Origin: a virus
Length of the DNA stretch: 64,000 bases
IMG/VR virus record: IMGVR_UViG_3300014720_000003
Coordinates: 74,481 to 138,480 of that record
Direction: 5' to 3' (one strand)
Part shown: one piece after another, positions 50,199 to 59,556 of the stretch
Numbering within the stretch: position 1 is the first letter of the stretch
How the letters are laid out: every line of letters begins with the position of its first letter
Translations under genes and position numbers: made by a program
The notes under the pieces: model-generated
Told to the model about the DNA's origin: nothing
Databases searched by the model: none
The model's input: only the letters and a program-made list of their open reading frames with translations

Positions 50199-50823
50199 TT
50201 TTTACAGTCTCGATAGTATCGTGATAAAATGTTATGCTTCTTATAGAAGTATCAAAATTAATATTTTCCAATAGACATTTAGAAAAATTTCTTACATGAG
50301 AATGAAAATGGTCGGGATATACTCTCTGATTGTTGTGTTTCCAATATATAATATTGTTTTCCTCATAAAATCTATTGGTATAGTCATTGCTTCCATATAA
50401 TACACATGGCCTAAATATAAGTACATTTTTTATATTTGTAGAGATAATTAAATTTTCGATCTCTTTTTTATTTTGACCATATGAGTATAGTGGATCATTA
50501 ATTTCAAAACCACCAAATACTGCTAAAGTAGAAATAAAAATATATCTATGAAAAGATACAGTTTGTATAATGTTTAGGAAATGATTAATATTATAGCAAG
50601 AGAAGTCTATGATTGTGTCGTAGTATTTATTTCTTAATAACTGACATTTATGTATATCTTCTCTATCTAGTTTAATCCAATTTAAATAAGGAAATAGATT
50701 CTTATTTGTTAAACCCCTATTAGCGAGATCTGGATAAATATTATTCTCCATACATAATTCTACAAAATCTCTACCAACCATCTGTGTGCCGCCAAGAACC
50801 AGCATATGTTTATCATTTTCCAT
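50170..50823 (-). CDS. NAD-dependent epimerase/reductase (atypical SDR)
   Basis: LGGTQMVG, NRG, FIST, YGQNK, RP. Confidence 0.75.
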   Translation of the reverse strand: MENDKHMLVLGGTQMVGRDFVELCMENNIYPDLANRGLTNKNLFPYLNWIKLDREDIHKCQLLRNKYYDTIIDFSCYNINHFLNIIQTVSFHRYIFISTLAVFGGFEINDPLYSYGQNKKEIENLIISTNIKNVLIFRPCVLYGSNDYTNRFYEENNIIYWKHNNQRVYPDHFHSHVRNFSKCLLENINFDTSIRSITFYHDTIETVKNARSSSYIR

Positions 50824-51724
50824 TAGTGTGTCCTAATACCCTACCTTTCTGAGTTCTTAATACAAAACCCATACGAATAAGATATGGTTCTATACTATTC
50901 TCTATCGTTTCTAGTGCTATTCCAGTTACAGATGATATAGACTTTAATCCGAGTGGATTACCCCTATTCTTCTTTAGTACATCCAAGTATATTCTATCAT
51001 AGGCATCCAGACCATTTTTATCAATACCTTGAAGATTGAAAATATCGTCTACAGATGAATGTTTACCAGTACATGAAATATAGTTCTGATACCATTGTAA
51101 TCTAGCATTTAAAATACGAGGAGTCCCTTTACTCCTTTGTGCTATTTCTAATAAATCAGAATCACTTATCATTAGTCCGAGCTTTTGGGCGTTCAATCCT
51201 GCTAGTTTGGCTAACTCATCGTCACTATAAAAACTCAAATGTTCCTTGATAGTAAATCGGTCATAAAATGGTTGACTCAAACTACCACCACTAGTTGTTG
51301 CTCCTACTAGAGTAAATGCTGGAATCTCTATTTCTTCTGGCTCTTTATCCATAACTATACTAAACTTGAAATCCTCCATCACAGGATAGAGAAATTCTTC
51401 AACCAGTTTGGGTAGTCTATGGATTTCGTCTATAAAAAATACTGATCGTTTGGTCATCCTAAACATATAGGGCAAAATTGCTTTTACGCTTCTAAGATTA
51501 GCAGCATTTGCCGTATACAGATTAACATCCATCTCGGAGGCTATAGCACCCGCCAGGGTTGTTTTACCAAGGCCAGGAGGGCCGTCTATTAAAACATGAG
51601 GGAGGATGCTGTCGTTTTTTTTACAGCCCGCTGTGCTTATCTTTAACCGGCTAATCACATCGTTCTGACCAATAATTTCATCAAAAGAAACTGGACGTTT
51701 TACCAATGTCATTGTATTCTCCAA
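50813..51724 (-). CDS. ruvB: Holliday junction branch migration ATPase
   Basis: RP..F..IIGQ, GPPGLGKTT, DEIHR, LYPVMED, GATT, GTPR, IEPYL, RT.KGR. Confidence 0.93.
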   Translation of the reverse strand: MENTMTLVKRPVSFDEIIGQNDVISRLKISTAGCKKNDSILPHVLIDGPPGLGKTTLAGAIASEMDVNLYTANAANLRSVKAILPYMFRMTKRSVFFIDEIHRLPKLVEEFLYPVMEDFKFSIVMDKEPEEIEIPAFTLVGATTSGGSLSQPFYDRFTIKEHLSFYSDDELAKLAGLNAQKLGLMISDSDLLEIAQRSKGTPRILNARLQWYQNYISCTGKHSSVDDIFNLQGIDKNGLDAYDRIYLDVLKKNRGNPLGLKSISSVTGIALETIENSIEPYLIRMGFVLRTQKGRVLGHTNGK

Positions 51725-52123
51725 TTAGTCGTTTTTATCTTTTACCCAAAACACAAAATCATTTGACTTTTCATCATAAGCCATATCAACCAGACCCTTT
51801 TTTACTAAGCCGTTAAGAATATTACTAACCATTCGGCTATTTATTTTTTCCAGAACATCAGCAAATATTTTCTCGTTTAGAGTATATCTGGTTCGCTTTT
51901 TGTTTTTGCTGACCCGTATCTTAACAGACTCTTTCACGATAAGCAAACACTCTTGGTGAGATATTATCTTATCAAATTCTGCTTGTTCGCTTTGCTTAAC
52001 GGTATCTATAAGAGAATCTAATTCGTCCGCTTTATCCCATGCTCCAAAATTATTAAAGACTATTGCTCTAACTTTGTCTGTGAATTCATCTATATCGTTA
52101 ATAATAAACCATTCTTCTTCCAT
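51725..52123 (-). CDS. Hypothetical protein
   Basis: AGGAG SD. Confidence 0.6.
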   Translation of the reverse strand: MEEEWFIINDIDEFTDKVRAIVFNNFGAWDKADELDSLIDTVKQSEQAEFDKIISHQECLLIVKESVKIRVSKNKKRTRYTLNEKIFADVLEKINSRMVSNILNGLVKKGLVDMAYDEKSNDFVFWVKDKND

Positions 52124-52132
52124 TTTCTACTC

Positions 52133-52516
52133 CTAGTTTAAGATATCGAATAACCCTTTGTAATATTTGGGCTGTTGTATAAAATGAGAAGCATTGGCTT
52201 GTATGTGTTGTTTATATTGGTTATAGATAGGATCATAAACAAAATACTTGCTTTTCCATATACCTTCACCTAAATAATTGGATCCCAAATACTGGAACTT
52301 TTTATCGTTCACAGTATTGGGATTCCAACTATTCACAGGAAACTCAACCGACGGAAAACTATTGATATTATTCATGATATCCGTCATCCATTCTGAGAAC
52401 GGAGAATCATGTCCAAAATCAAATGTAAAATACCATTTGTAGGGATCAACATTATTATCATAATCATGATCATCGTTGTATCCATCATCTTCATCATCAT
52501 GATCTTGATCGCTCAA
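52133..52516 (-). CDS. Hypothetical protein with acidic N-terminus
   Basis: ORF with TTG start. Confidence 0.5.
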   Translation of the reverse strand: MSDQDHDDEDDGYNDDHDYDNNVDPYKWYFTFDFGHDSPFSEWMTDIMNNINSFPSVEFPVNSWNPNTVNDKKFQYLGSNYLGEGIWKSKYFVYDPIYNQYKQHIQANASHFIQQPKYYKGLFDILN

Positions 52517-52519
52517 TGT

Positions 52520-53677
52520 TCACCCCACACAAAACTGATCACTAAGTTTCGCAGCCAAATCCTTTGCGGCACTACTCAGGAATCGGTTGTTGCTGAAATA
52601 CAACGCTGTGGACGCTTGGTTGAGGTACTCCACGACCGTTTTTAAGAGTCTGGTCTGCTCACTGGTCAAGTTTAAACCATATAATCCACAATCGGTTGGC
52701 ACACCATACGCTTTGGACTGAATATTAAGGTTGTCTTTTGGTAGATTACCATCTTCTTCATCACTATCATCATACAAATCAACAGATGGTAAACTATTTT
52801 TCTGACCACAAGCACCCCACTGTTTCCAAACATCGACTGATGTGTTGCTGATCTTAATATTCTGATTTTGTAGATCATTCAAAATACTTTTAGCAACATC
52901 AATTGATACTGGAACACCATTCTGGTCAGCATTTTTATATGCCTTAGCATAACCCTTGTACCAATCGTCGCTGCATTTAGATGGATCAATTGTTACTGTG
53001 GCTGGCTGACCAGTTAATGCACTCTGTAATTCTACCACATTAACTTTCTGCCCTGTTGATCCTTGAAGAATACTGGTAAAGTATGGAGCCTTTTTCTCCC
53101 AGTTCTTTCTCCACCAAGTATAAGGCACACGATAAATTTGATTGGCCTTGATCGCTCTTGGATCACCACTAAAGTAGTTGACTAACTTCTTTTGTAATCC
53201 ATTCCAATAAGTCTTATTCTTACCAATCATCTTCACTGACTGGTCATCAAAAATCCAATAGCATTGATAACCATTACGAGTATCCACAACCCAAGTTGGA
53301 GGAACAGCAAAATTATTGATCCTCTCTAGGAAAGTCTTTTTCTTTTGCATCACAACGCTAGGCTTAAAATACTTACCATCACTATCTCGACCAGCATCGA
53401 TATCACGAAAACAGCAAGTAAAGTTATTGATTGCGTATAGTTTGCGACCACCATTTACATAGAAATAAACATCGGAACCACTATGAGCATTTGCTTCAAT
53501 AGCAGTATCCAGAGTATCTGTATGATTCATGCTACTAATCTTCTTACGAGGATTACCGTTGTAGCAAAATATGTGCTTAATACCAAAAGAATTAAGAAAT
53601 TTTTCTCGCCTGGAAACAAATTTCGTTGTGCTAAGTTTGTTATCAAATGGATTGAATCCTAGATCATCATTAAACAT
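52520..53677 (-). CDS. RepB'-like (AEP superfamily) primase-domain protein
   Basis: DID, PTWVVDTRNGYQCYW, GDP, RVP. Confidence 0.65.
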   Translation of the reverse strand: MFNDDLGFNPFDNKLSTTKFVSRREKFLNSFGIKHIFCYNGNPRKKISSMNHTDTLDTAIEANAHSGSDVYFYVNGGRKLYAINNFTCCFRDIDAGRDSDGKYFKPSVVMQKKKTFLERINNFAVPPTWVVDTRNGYQCYWIFDDQSVKMIGKNKTYWNGLQKKLVNYFSGDPRAIKANQIYRVPYTWWRKNWEKKAPYFTSILQGSTGQKVNVVELQSALTGQPATVTIDPSKCSDDWYKGYAKAYKNADQNGVPVSIDVAKSILNDLQNQNIKISNTSVDVWKQWGACGQKNSLPSVDLYDDSDEEDGNLPKDNLNIQSKAYGVPTDCGLYGLNLTSEQTRLLKTVVEYLNQASTALYFSNNRFLSSAAKDLAAKLSDQFCVG

Positions 53678-53740
53678 TTTTTTCCTTCGTCTAAATCCTA
53701 TATTGGGACAGCAACCTCTACCGTCATTGTCAATATAAAA

Positions 53741-53804
53741 AAGGAATTAGGGGATCGAACCCTAAGAAATAGCACTAACTATTCTAGTCGCCAGACTATT
53801 CCTT
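53741..53804 (-). ncRNA. tRNA-like four-arm element
   Basis: AAGGAAT/ATTCCTT closing stem; TAGGG-TTCGATC-CCCTA T-arm; small D-like arm; 6-nt pseudo-anticodon loop. Confidence 0.6.
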
Positions 53805-53812
53805 TGCTTTAA

Positions 53813-54679
53813 TCAGCCAGGATAAGAGTTGTCGTACTCATCCTCATCATCTTCATAATCTTCGTCGTCCTCGTCATCAAACTGATCCCAGTAATCATCG
53901 CGGATATCATAATCCTCGTCATCATCCTCGTACTCGTCCTCGGAAAAATTAGCAGAGTAAAGAGGCTTGAGAAGTTCGCCTTGATACTCTCCAACAACTT
54001 CGTATTGGCAAGTGCGAAGTTTCTCACAATTACAATCACTAGGAACACTAACAACATCACGCGGATTAATCTTAACGATCACAATACGATCATGTGCTTC
54101 CACAGACCCATAACCAGCAACATAGTTTAATGCTCCAGCATGAAGTCCATTTGAACAACCGCGACCACGATCATCATCAACCTTGGCTCTTTGCATCTTG
54201 CAAATCTTGCCAACACTATTATCAAACGTACCACGATACTTATCCATATAATCACTTCTCACAGCCTTGTAGGCAAGGAAATGACCATCCTCAGTAATGG
54301 GCAGATGCTCATGCTCAAGGAAATCATAGAGTTCCTTTTGACTCTGCATACTAGGATTCTCCATAAGATTGTTGAGGAAATTAACAAGAGGCTGGAAAGG
54401 CAGACCCTTGCTCATAAACTCAAGAATACGCTTGCTGATACTGCCGTGAACTTCCTCACCCTCATACATCACCTTGCCATTCTTAATCTCCACCATACCA
54501 TCGCTAAAAGCGGATACGGCTTTTTCCACATCAACAATATCCAAGAGTTCATCAGCAGTTGCGGTTGGCAACGCCTCAAGAATCATCTTATAATTAATAT
54601 GATCCGGCAAAACCTGATAGGTTCTATTGTTAAGAACCAGAGTCAGATTACCATCAACCCACATAAACGGAACGCTCAT
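53813..54679 (-). CDS. rIIB: RIIB-like protein
   Basis: PITEDG.FLAYK.V, DNSVG, VDDD...CS.GLH, P.DVVSVP.D; acidic tail. Confidence 0.85.
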   Translation of the reverse strand: MSVPFMWVDGNLTLVLNNRTYQVLPDHINYKMILEALPTATADELLDIVDVEKAVSAFSDGMVEIKNGKVMYEGEEVHGSISKRILEFMSKGLPFQPLVNFLNNLMENPSMQSQKELYDFLEHEHLPITEDGHFLAYKAVRSDYMDKYRGTFDNSVGKICKMQRAKVDDDRGRGCSNGLHAGALNYVAGYGSVEAHDRIVIVKINPRDVVSVPSDCNCEKLRTCQYEVVGEYQGELLKPLYSANFSEDEYEDDDEDYDIRDDYWDQFDDEDDEDYEDDEDEYDNSYPG

Positions 54680-54706
54680 TATTTTTCTCCTTGTTTACCT
54701 GTGAAA

Positions 54707-57337
54707 TTAACCAAAAACTTTACTAATTTGATCCCTAAACAAATCAACCTTATCTAACGTAACAAACCAACTAGATGATCTTCTCCAACTTTGACGGTCA
54801 TCAAGTTGATTGAGAGGATCAACATCTCTGAGATTTCTCAAATTACCATCAACCGTGTTGGCACACATAATATACTTGAGCAGCGGGTTGCTGTCAAGAG
54901 TTGTCTTAATTGTTTTTCTTAGATCGCTAATGGGTGATAGAGTATGTTTTTTGTCTCCATCATTCTTAGTGGAAATAAATTTCTTATATGTGTCCGAAGT
55001 ATTCGGATACCAACTCTCTAAAAGACTCTTCATTGAGTTAAAGAGTAAGTTAGTATTCTTGATCTTCTTTACATCTAAGCCATTAATACCAATAGCATCA
55101 AGCAACTTGGCAATATGAGCATAGTAGTCTGTTTGCTTAAATCTTTTTAGATCATATCCATTACGATGAATAGTATCGGCAAAAAACTCCATTACAATCA
55201 GACTATCAATAGTGTTTACTAGAGTTTTGTCCGAGACATATTCTTCATAGTCCAGACCGAATATGTTCAGAATATGGTATACAAACTGTCTATCAATATA
55301 GCCTTCGTCATAATCATGATTCATCTTGTCATCAGTGTTGTATTCTTTCTTACAGAATTCGATCACACTATTAATATCACGCACATCACTAAACTGTGAG
55401 GAATCAATAGTCTTGAGTCGATCTTTGAACCAAGAGTTAAAATCAATTAGGTTGTACCCGTCCTTAATTAAACGATCCACACTAGACTGTTTGATAGCAT
55501 AGATATTTTCTCCACCAAACACAGAGTTATCCGTAATAATCTTATCCCAACGCTTAATACCTTCTATCTCTGGATAATTTTCAATAGACGCATATCGTAG
55601 AATAGGAATATAAACGATAGTATCAGCATCCTCCAAATCATCCAAACGACTAGCACTAAGACTTCTCATATGAGAAGCATCATTGTAGCCATAATTCAAT
55701 GCTGTGGTATCTTGTGCGTCTCCGTAAACCAGAAAAATATCTTGGTCACTAACGCTACCCTTGCTACCTTTACTTGCTCTAGTTTTTGGAGTTGACTTAA
55801 TTAGATCACGATGATCCGAAACATTAAGAATATTAGACTCTCCAACATCCTTGACTAGTGCTTTAAAACCATTGGTCACATCCTTATGATCTGTGGTATT
55901 AACCAACAGATAAGCAAAACAATCATTCTGATTGCAATACTTGGTAACAATCTTTTTGGCTGTTTCCGCAGCACTCATATCACACCAGAAAAACTTCATT
56001 GAGTTAGTCTTTTTCTGATGATTCCAATAGTATTGACCCTTACCAGTTAGAGTTTCGTGATGAATCTTATCTGTAAGATAAATCATGCGTCGAGAACGAT
56101 AACCCGCTGTTCTATAATTAAACACATAAAGGTTCTCATCCTTCTTGAGTTTATATTCCAGATCCTCACCAGAATTAATAGGATGATCTTTACCATCACT
56201 ATCTTTCCACGATGCTCCAACACCCCATCCACCAGCAAGATCATTCATGGTATAATATGTGGTGATTGCTTCTACTCTGTTTTTAGCAGATGCGATTTTG
56301 TCACTAAAATTCTTTTTGAGTTCCACATAAATTTCCTGGGTCTTTTCACGCAAAGACTTAATAACAGCCTTGGTATACTGCAAACCCTCTCGACTAACAT
56401 CCATCTCAAGTTCGCCAATACCAAAATCCAACTCTAGATAAAGACCCTGTTCGATAATCTCGCTAACAAAACTCTTCCAAGATGCAATATCCGCCTTGTT
56501 AAAAGCACGATTCCACTTAGCAATATGATCTGGAGTATCTGCCTTTTCTTCTCCGATCAAATTACTAGCCTGAACAGGATAAGCAATATTGCCCATGATA
56601 GCCACAATACCGCTATCAATATGATGATGATTATTAGGAAAAAGATCGTTGGAATTTAGTCTGCAAACTCTCCAACCCTCACCATCAATAATAATATTGC
56701 GATTACTATACTGCTCACTAAAATTGTAGTTAACACCACCAGTAATAGTGGGCCTACTCTTAAAGTAATGAAAAATCCTGACCGCTTTCTTACTAAATTC
56801 ATGAAAGTCATGCTGCTTAACAGCAAAACTAATCTCTAGACCATTAGGTTCATCAGTATCACAACTATGAATAAGGTTCAGAGTAGGAACACCAGCATCA
56901 TCAATAGCAGCAATATAAGTATACTGCTTACCATTATAATAAGATGTTGTGGTAAAACTCTTGGTATAAGCAAAAGGACTCTTGCTACCTAGTCCAAGAC
57001 AACCCACAAAATCATTACTATCATTTTTGTTACTAGCACCATAAGTTGTATACAGATGTTCCATATCTTTCTGACTAAGACCAGTACCATAATCTCTAAC
57101 AGTAAAGTTAGGATCAGCAGCAGTTGGCAACTTTACAAGAAAAGGATTCTTATTACCAGCACTAACATGAGAGTCAAAAGCATTAGTGCCAAGTTCACGA
57201 ATAACTGCCATTACTTTGTCGGAATATAAAGAGTCCGACAAGATTTTAAACATTTTGCTCGTTTGAGCAATAGTAAATTGATTAGCACTACTAATACCAG
57301 CACTATGAACTTCAACAGTTCGATCCGCAAGTTTCAT
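54707..57337 (-). CDS. rIIA: RIIA-like protein with GHKL ATPase domain
   Basis: LSDSLYSDK, IRELGTNAFDSH, RDYGTGL, GCLGLGSKSPF, SREGL; likely start MKLADR. Confidence 0.85.
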   Translation of the reverse strand: MKLADRTVEVHSAGISSANQFTIAQTSKMFKILSDSLYSDKVMAVIRELGTNAFDSHVSAGNKNPFLVKLPTAADPNFTVRDYGTGLSQKDMEHLYTTYGASNKNDSNDFVGCLGLGSKSPFAYTKSFTTTSYYNGKQYTYIAAIDDAGVPTLNLIHSCDTDEPNGLEISFAVKQHDFHEFSKKAVRIFHYFKSRPTITGGVNYNFSEQYSNRNIIIDGEGWRVCRLNSNDLFPNNHHHIDSGIVAIMGNIAYPVQASNLIGEEKADTPDHIAKWNRAFNKADIASWKSFVSEIIEQGLYLELDFGIGELEMDVSREGLQYTKAVIKSLREKTQEIYVELKKNFSDKIASAKNRVEAITTYYTMNDLAGGWGVGASWKDSDGKDHPINSGEDLEYKLKKDENLYVFNYRTAGYRSRRMIYLTDKIHHETLTGKGQYYWNHQKKTNSMKFFWCDMSAAETAKKIVTKYCNQNDCFAYLLVNTTDHKDVTNGFKALVKDVGESNILNVSDHRDLIKSTPKTRASKGSKGSVSDQDIFLVYGDAQDTTALNYGYNDASHMRSLSASRLDDLEDADTIVYIPILRYASIENYPEIEGIKRWDKIITDNSVFGGENIYAIKQSSVDRLIKDGYNLIDFNSWFKDRLKTIDSSQFSDVRDINSVIEFCKKEYNTDDKMNHDYDEGYIDRQFVYHILNIFGLDYEEYVSDKTLVNTIDSLIVMEFFADTIHRNGYDLKRFKQTDYYAHIAKLLDAIGINGLDVKKIKNTNLLFNSMKSLLESWYPNTSDTYKKFISTKNDGDKKHTLSPISDLRKTIKTTLDSNPLLKYIMCANTVDGNLRNLRDVDPLNQLDDRQSWRRSSSWFVTLDKVDLFRDQISKVFG

Positions 57338-57369
57338 TTGTATTCTCCAAGGTTTCCTGTGATGCTCGT

Positions 57370-57397
57370 AGTATACATCGTCATTCCGCGTTGTCAA
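57370..57397 (-). promoter_or_regulatory. Sigma70-type promoter for rIIA
   Basis: TTGACA-N16-TATACT. Confidence 0.75.
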
Positions 57398-57639
57398 CCT
57401 TGATTTTTCTTTTGATTCACTCGTTGAATACTGATGTAACCAAAATAGATTGGTATTAATCCTATATACCATACTGGTAAGGCTAGAGAAGCAAACCAAA
57501 GTCCACTAACGATTGATAGTGCTGATAATATATAAACTATAAAAGATGGAAAATTTAACCTTAAGGTTAAGTATGCTAACGGTCCAATCAAAATAGTCAC
57601 TAAAACTATTAACGATGCTGCTAACGCTAAACTAGCCAC
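57394..57639 (-). CDS. Small membrane protein
   Basis: About three hydrophobic segments; GTG start. Confidence 0.55.
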   Translation of the reverse strand: MASLALAASLIVLVTILIGPLAYLTLRLNFPSFIVYILSALSIVSGLWFASLALPVWYIGLIPIYFGYISIQRVNQKKNQG

Positions 57640-57962
57640 TAGATTTCCTCTTCGTCATCTTGGTCTTTCCAATCATCTTTTGGAACCCATGTTTCATCAG
57701 TATCATCAATATTATAATTTTCTTCCAAATCCTCATCATCTTCTGCTAACATGATGGTGAAACTATTGAGTATTTCTAACATAGCATCAACTTTGTGAGC
57801 AATATCTCTAATCTCGCGTTTGATTTCTGTTATGTCTTTTAGTATCTTGTCTTGGTTTTTACTAAGACCTTCTACATCCTTAGATAAAGAGTCGTCTTTT
57901 TTATATAAGTCCCGATATGATTGATCAATTTTTTTATAGATATCATTAATATCTCTGGACAT
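57639..57962 (-). CDS. Coiled-coil protein with acidic tail
   Basis: AAGGAG SD; heptad pattern. Confidence 0.6.
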   Translation of the reverse strand: MSRDINDIYKKIDQSYRDLYKKDDSLSKDVEGLSKNQDKILKDITEIKREIRDIAHKVDAMLEILNSFTIMLAEDDEDLEENYNIDDTDETWVPKDDWKDQDDEEEI

Positions 57963-57971
57963 AACTACTCC

Positions 57972-58283
57972 TTATTTTGGGTTACGGTATTCTCGTAAAT
58001 CTCCATTTTCATTAATTTTTTCATCTTCATAGACTGAGGCAAGACGCCTGTAGAATTCTTGTTTAATATTCTCTAATACACCAGTTATCATAGCAATCTT
58101 CTTATATGAAACAGTCTTAATTAACTGGCCTATTACCCTGCTAAAACAATAGTTTATTCTACCAAGGTAGATGCTAAGATCGTTTGGATCATCCAATCCG
58201 GTTCTTTTATTACGAATAGCACAAACCATTCCTGCTATAGTAGCATCTAATTCTTCTCTCTCGTTTTCTTCTATGTATGGCAT
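57972..58283 (-). CDS. Conserved phage hypothetical protein
   Basis: MPYI...G.INY...G.LE.IKQEFYRR...YEDEKI.ENGD. Confidence 0.65.
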   Translation of the reverse strand: MPYIEENEREELDATIAGMVCAIRNKRTGLDDPNDLSIYLGRINYCFSRVIGQLIKTVSYKKIAMITGVLENIKQEFYRRLASVYEDEKINENGDLREYRNPK

Positions 58284-58820
58284 TTAAACCTCGCTACATT
58301 TACATTGGTATTTTTTACAATAACAGCATTTGGGACCAGCATCTCCCAATCCCCAGGCATTACATACTCTACTAAAACTTTCTTTGCCAGTATCTATACA
58401 AACAACACGATTTTTTTGTCCCCTTTTAACTAAACCAACATTGTACCAGTGGCAATCCCAAAATTTTAATCCTGTTTTTTCGTATATTTCTTCCACTAAA
58501 TATTGAATATTTTGCATAGAGATTTTGGAGTTGGCCTTACAGGTTTTAGCACACTCTGCTACATATCCCCAATCACTAGGTTCTGGTTGATAAACTTCAT
58601 CCTCTGGTGCAAATTCTAGTCTACAAATCCCACTATAAATTTTTGGTGCAAGATCAAATTTGGCTAACTTTTTATGATAAGAAAGAGCCTCCTGTGCTTT
58701 CTTCTTGCTCCTAAATTCTTTGAAGATCATGTGTTGATGATTTTTAATAGGATAAACCTGACAATACCCACCCTCATCAAACCAATCACTATAATTAATT
58801 TGATATTCAGTTGATATCAT
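58284..58820 (-). CDS. Minimal protein-kinase-fold protein
   Basis: EGGYCQVY, IFK, APK, DCHWYNVG, CIDTG. Confidence 0.7.
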   Translation of the reverse strand: MISTEYQINYSDWFDEGGYCQVYPIKNHQHMIFKEFRSKKKAQEALSYHKKLAKFDLAPKIYSGICRLEFAPEDEVYQPEPSDWGYVAECAKTCKANSKISMQNIQYLVEEIYEKTGLKFWDCHWYNVGLVKRGQKNRVVCIDTGKESFSRVCNAWGLGDAGPKCCYCKKYQCKCSEV

Positions 58821-59136
58821 TTTCAACCACCTTATTACCACTCAGTTTTTCAACAATAAAGATAGCAGTTCTTAAATCATCGCCCTCAAAAATTTTAATC
58901 GGGCCTTTTGGTATATCCAATCTAAATGTTGCATAAACAGCATAGTATGGATCGCCAATTGCTTCTTCATCTAAATTGAAGTATTCTTCCAGAGTTTTTA
59001 CTTCTTCTGGTATAGTGCCACCCTCATAATCAGGTAAATCTCTAATAGTAGATATAAGATAGTGAAGAATATGAGAACGTGGATTACCTTCATTAGAACA
59101 CCAACCCTTAAACAATCTGTTGGGCGTGGAATTCAT
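58807..59136 (-). CDS. Hypothetical protein
   Basis: Coupled ORF. Confidence 0.55.
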   Translation of the reverse strand: MNSTPNRLFKGWCSNEGNPRSHILHYLISTIRDLPDYEGGTIPEEVKTLEEYFNLDEEAIGDPYYAVYATFRLDIPKGPIKIFEGDDLRTAIFIVEKLSGNKVVENDIN

Positions 59137-59459
59137 AGTTGCTTTTTAAACTTGTTATAGAAGTTTTGAAATTCAACCCTATTAGAATAAAGTGGCACAA
59201 GATTAGTCTCATCAATATGAGGATTGAGAGATGTTCTTAGATCATACAAATCTCCGCGACTATTAGTTTGTCCCCAAGCAACAGGAGCGGATAACAAATT
59301 TTTTAGAGTGGCTAATTCTTGTTCGCAACTCAACCATCTGTTGTTATCTTGTTGTAGTTTTCTCAATTCGTCTTTAGCATTGTTAACAACAAAACTATCA
59401 GCACCATTTGCCCAAGCAAATTCAATAAGAAACTCTATAGGATTAGCATTTTGATTCAT
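59133..59459 (-). CDS. Hypothetical protein
   Basis: PVAW...VPLY motif pair common in phage early proteins. Confidence 0.6.
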   Translation of the reverse strand: MNQNANPIEFLIEFAWANGADSFVVNNAKDELRKLQQDNNRWLSCEQELATLKNLLSAPVAWGQTNSRGDLYDLRTSLNPHIDETNLVPLYSNRVEFQNFYNKFKKQL

Positions 59460-59479
59460 AAAATCTCTTTCTTTTATAG

Positions 59480-59553
59480 TAGGAGCGGCGGGATTTGAAC
59501 CCGCACTGTTTCGATTTTAAGTCGAATATCTCTGCCGGTTGGATTACGCTCCC
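59480..59553 (-). tRNA. tRNA-Leu (anticodon TAA), short variable loop, CCA not encoded
   Basis: GGGAGCG/CGCTCCT-A; TTCGA-CTTAAAA-TCGAA; GCGGG-TTCAAAT-CCCGC. Confidence 0.9.
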
Positions 59554-59556
59554 ATA

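Noticed and set aside
53706-53733. TTGACA as a promoter for the RepB-like gene
   Set aside because: No -10 element 16-18 bp downstream; it is part of a hairpin arm
53741-53804. Functional (suppressor) tRNA
   Set aside because: 6-nt loop, no linker or variable nucleotides, no CCA; reported as a tRNA mimic instead
53813-53945. Repetitive TCA/TCG/TCC triplets
   Set aside because: Encode the Asp/Glu-rich tail of RIIB; the overlapping 53809-54060 ORF is an alternative-frame artefact
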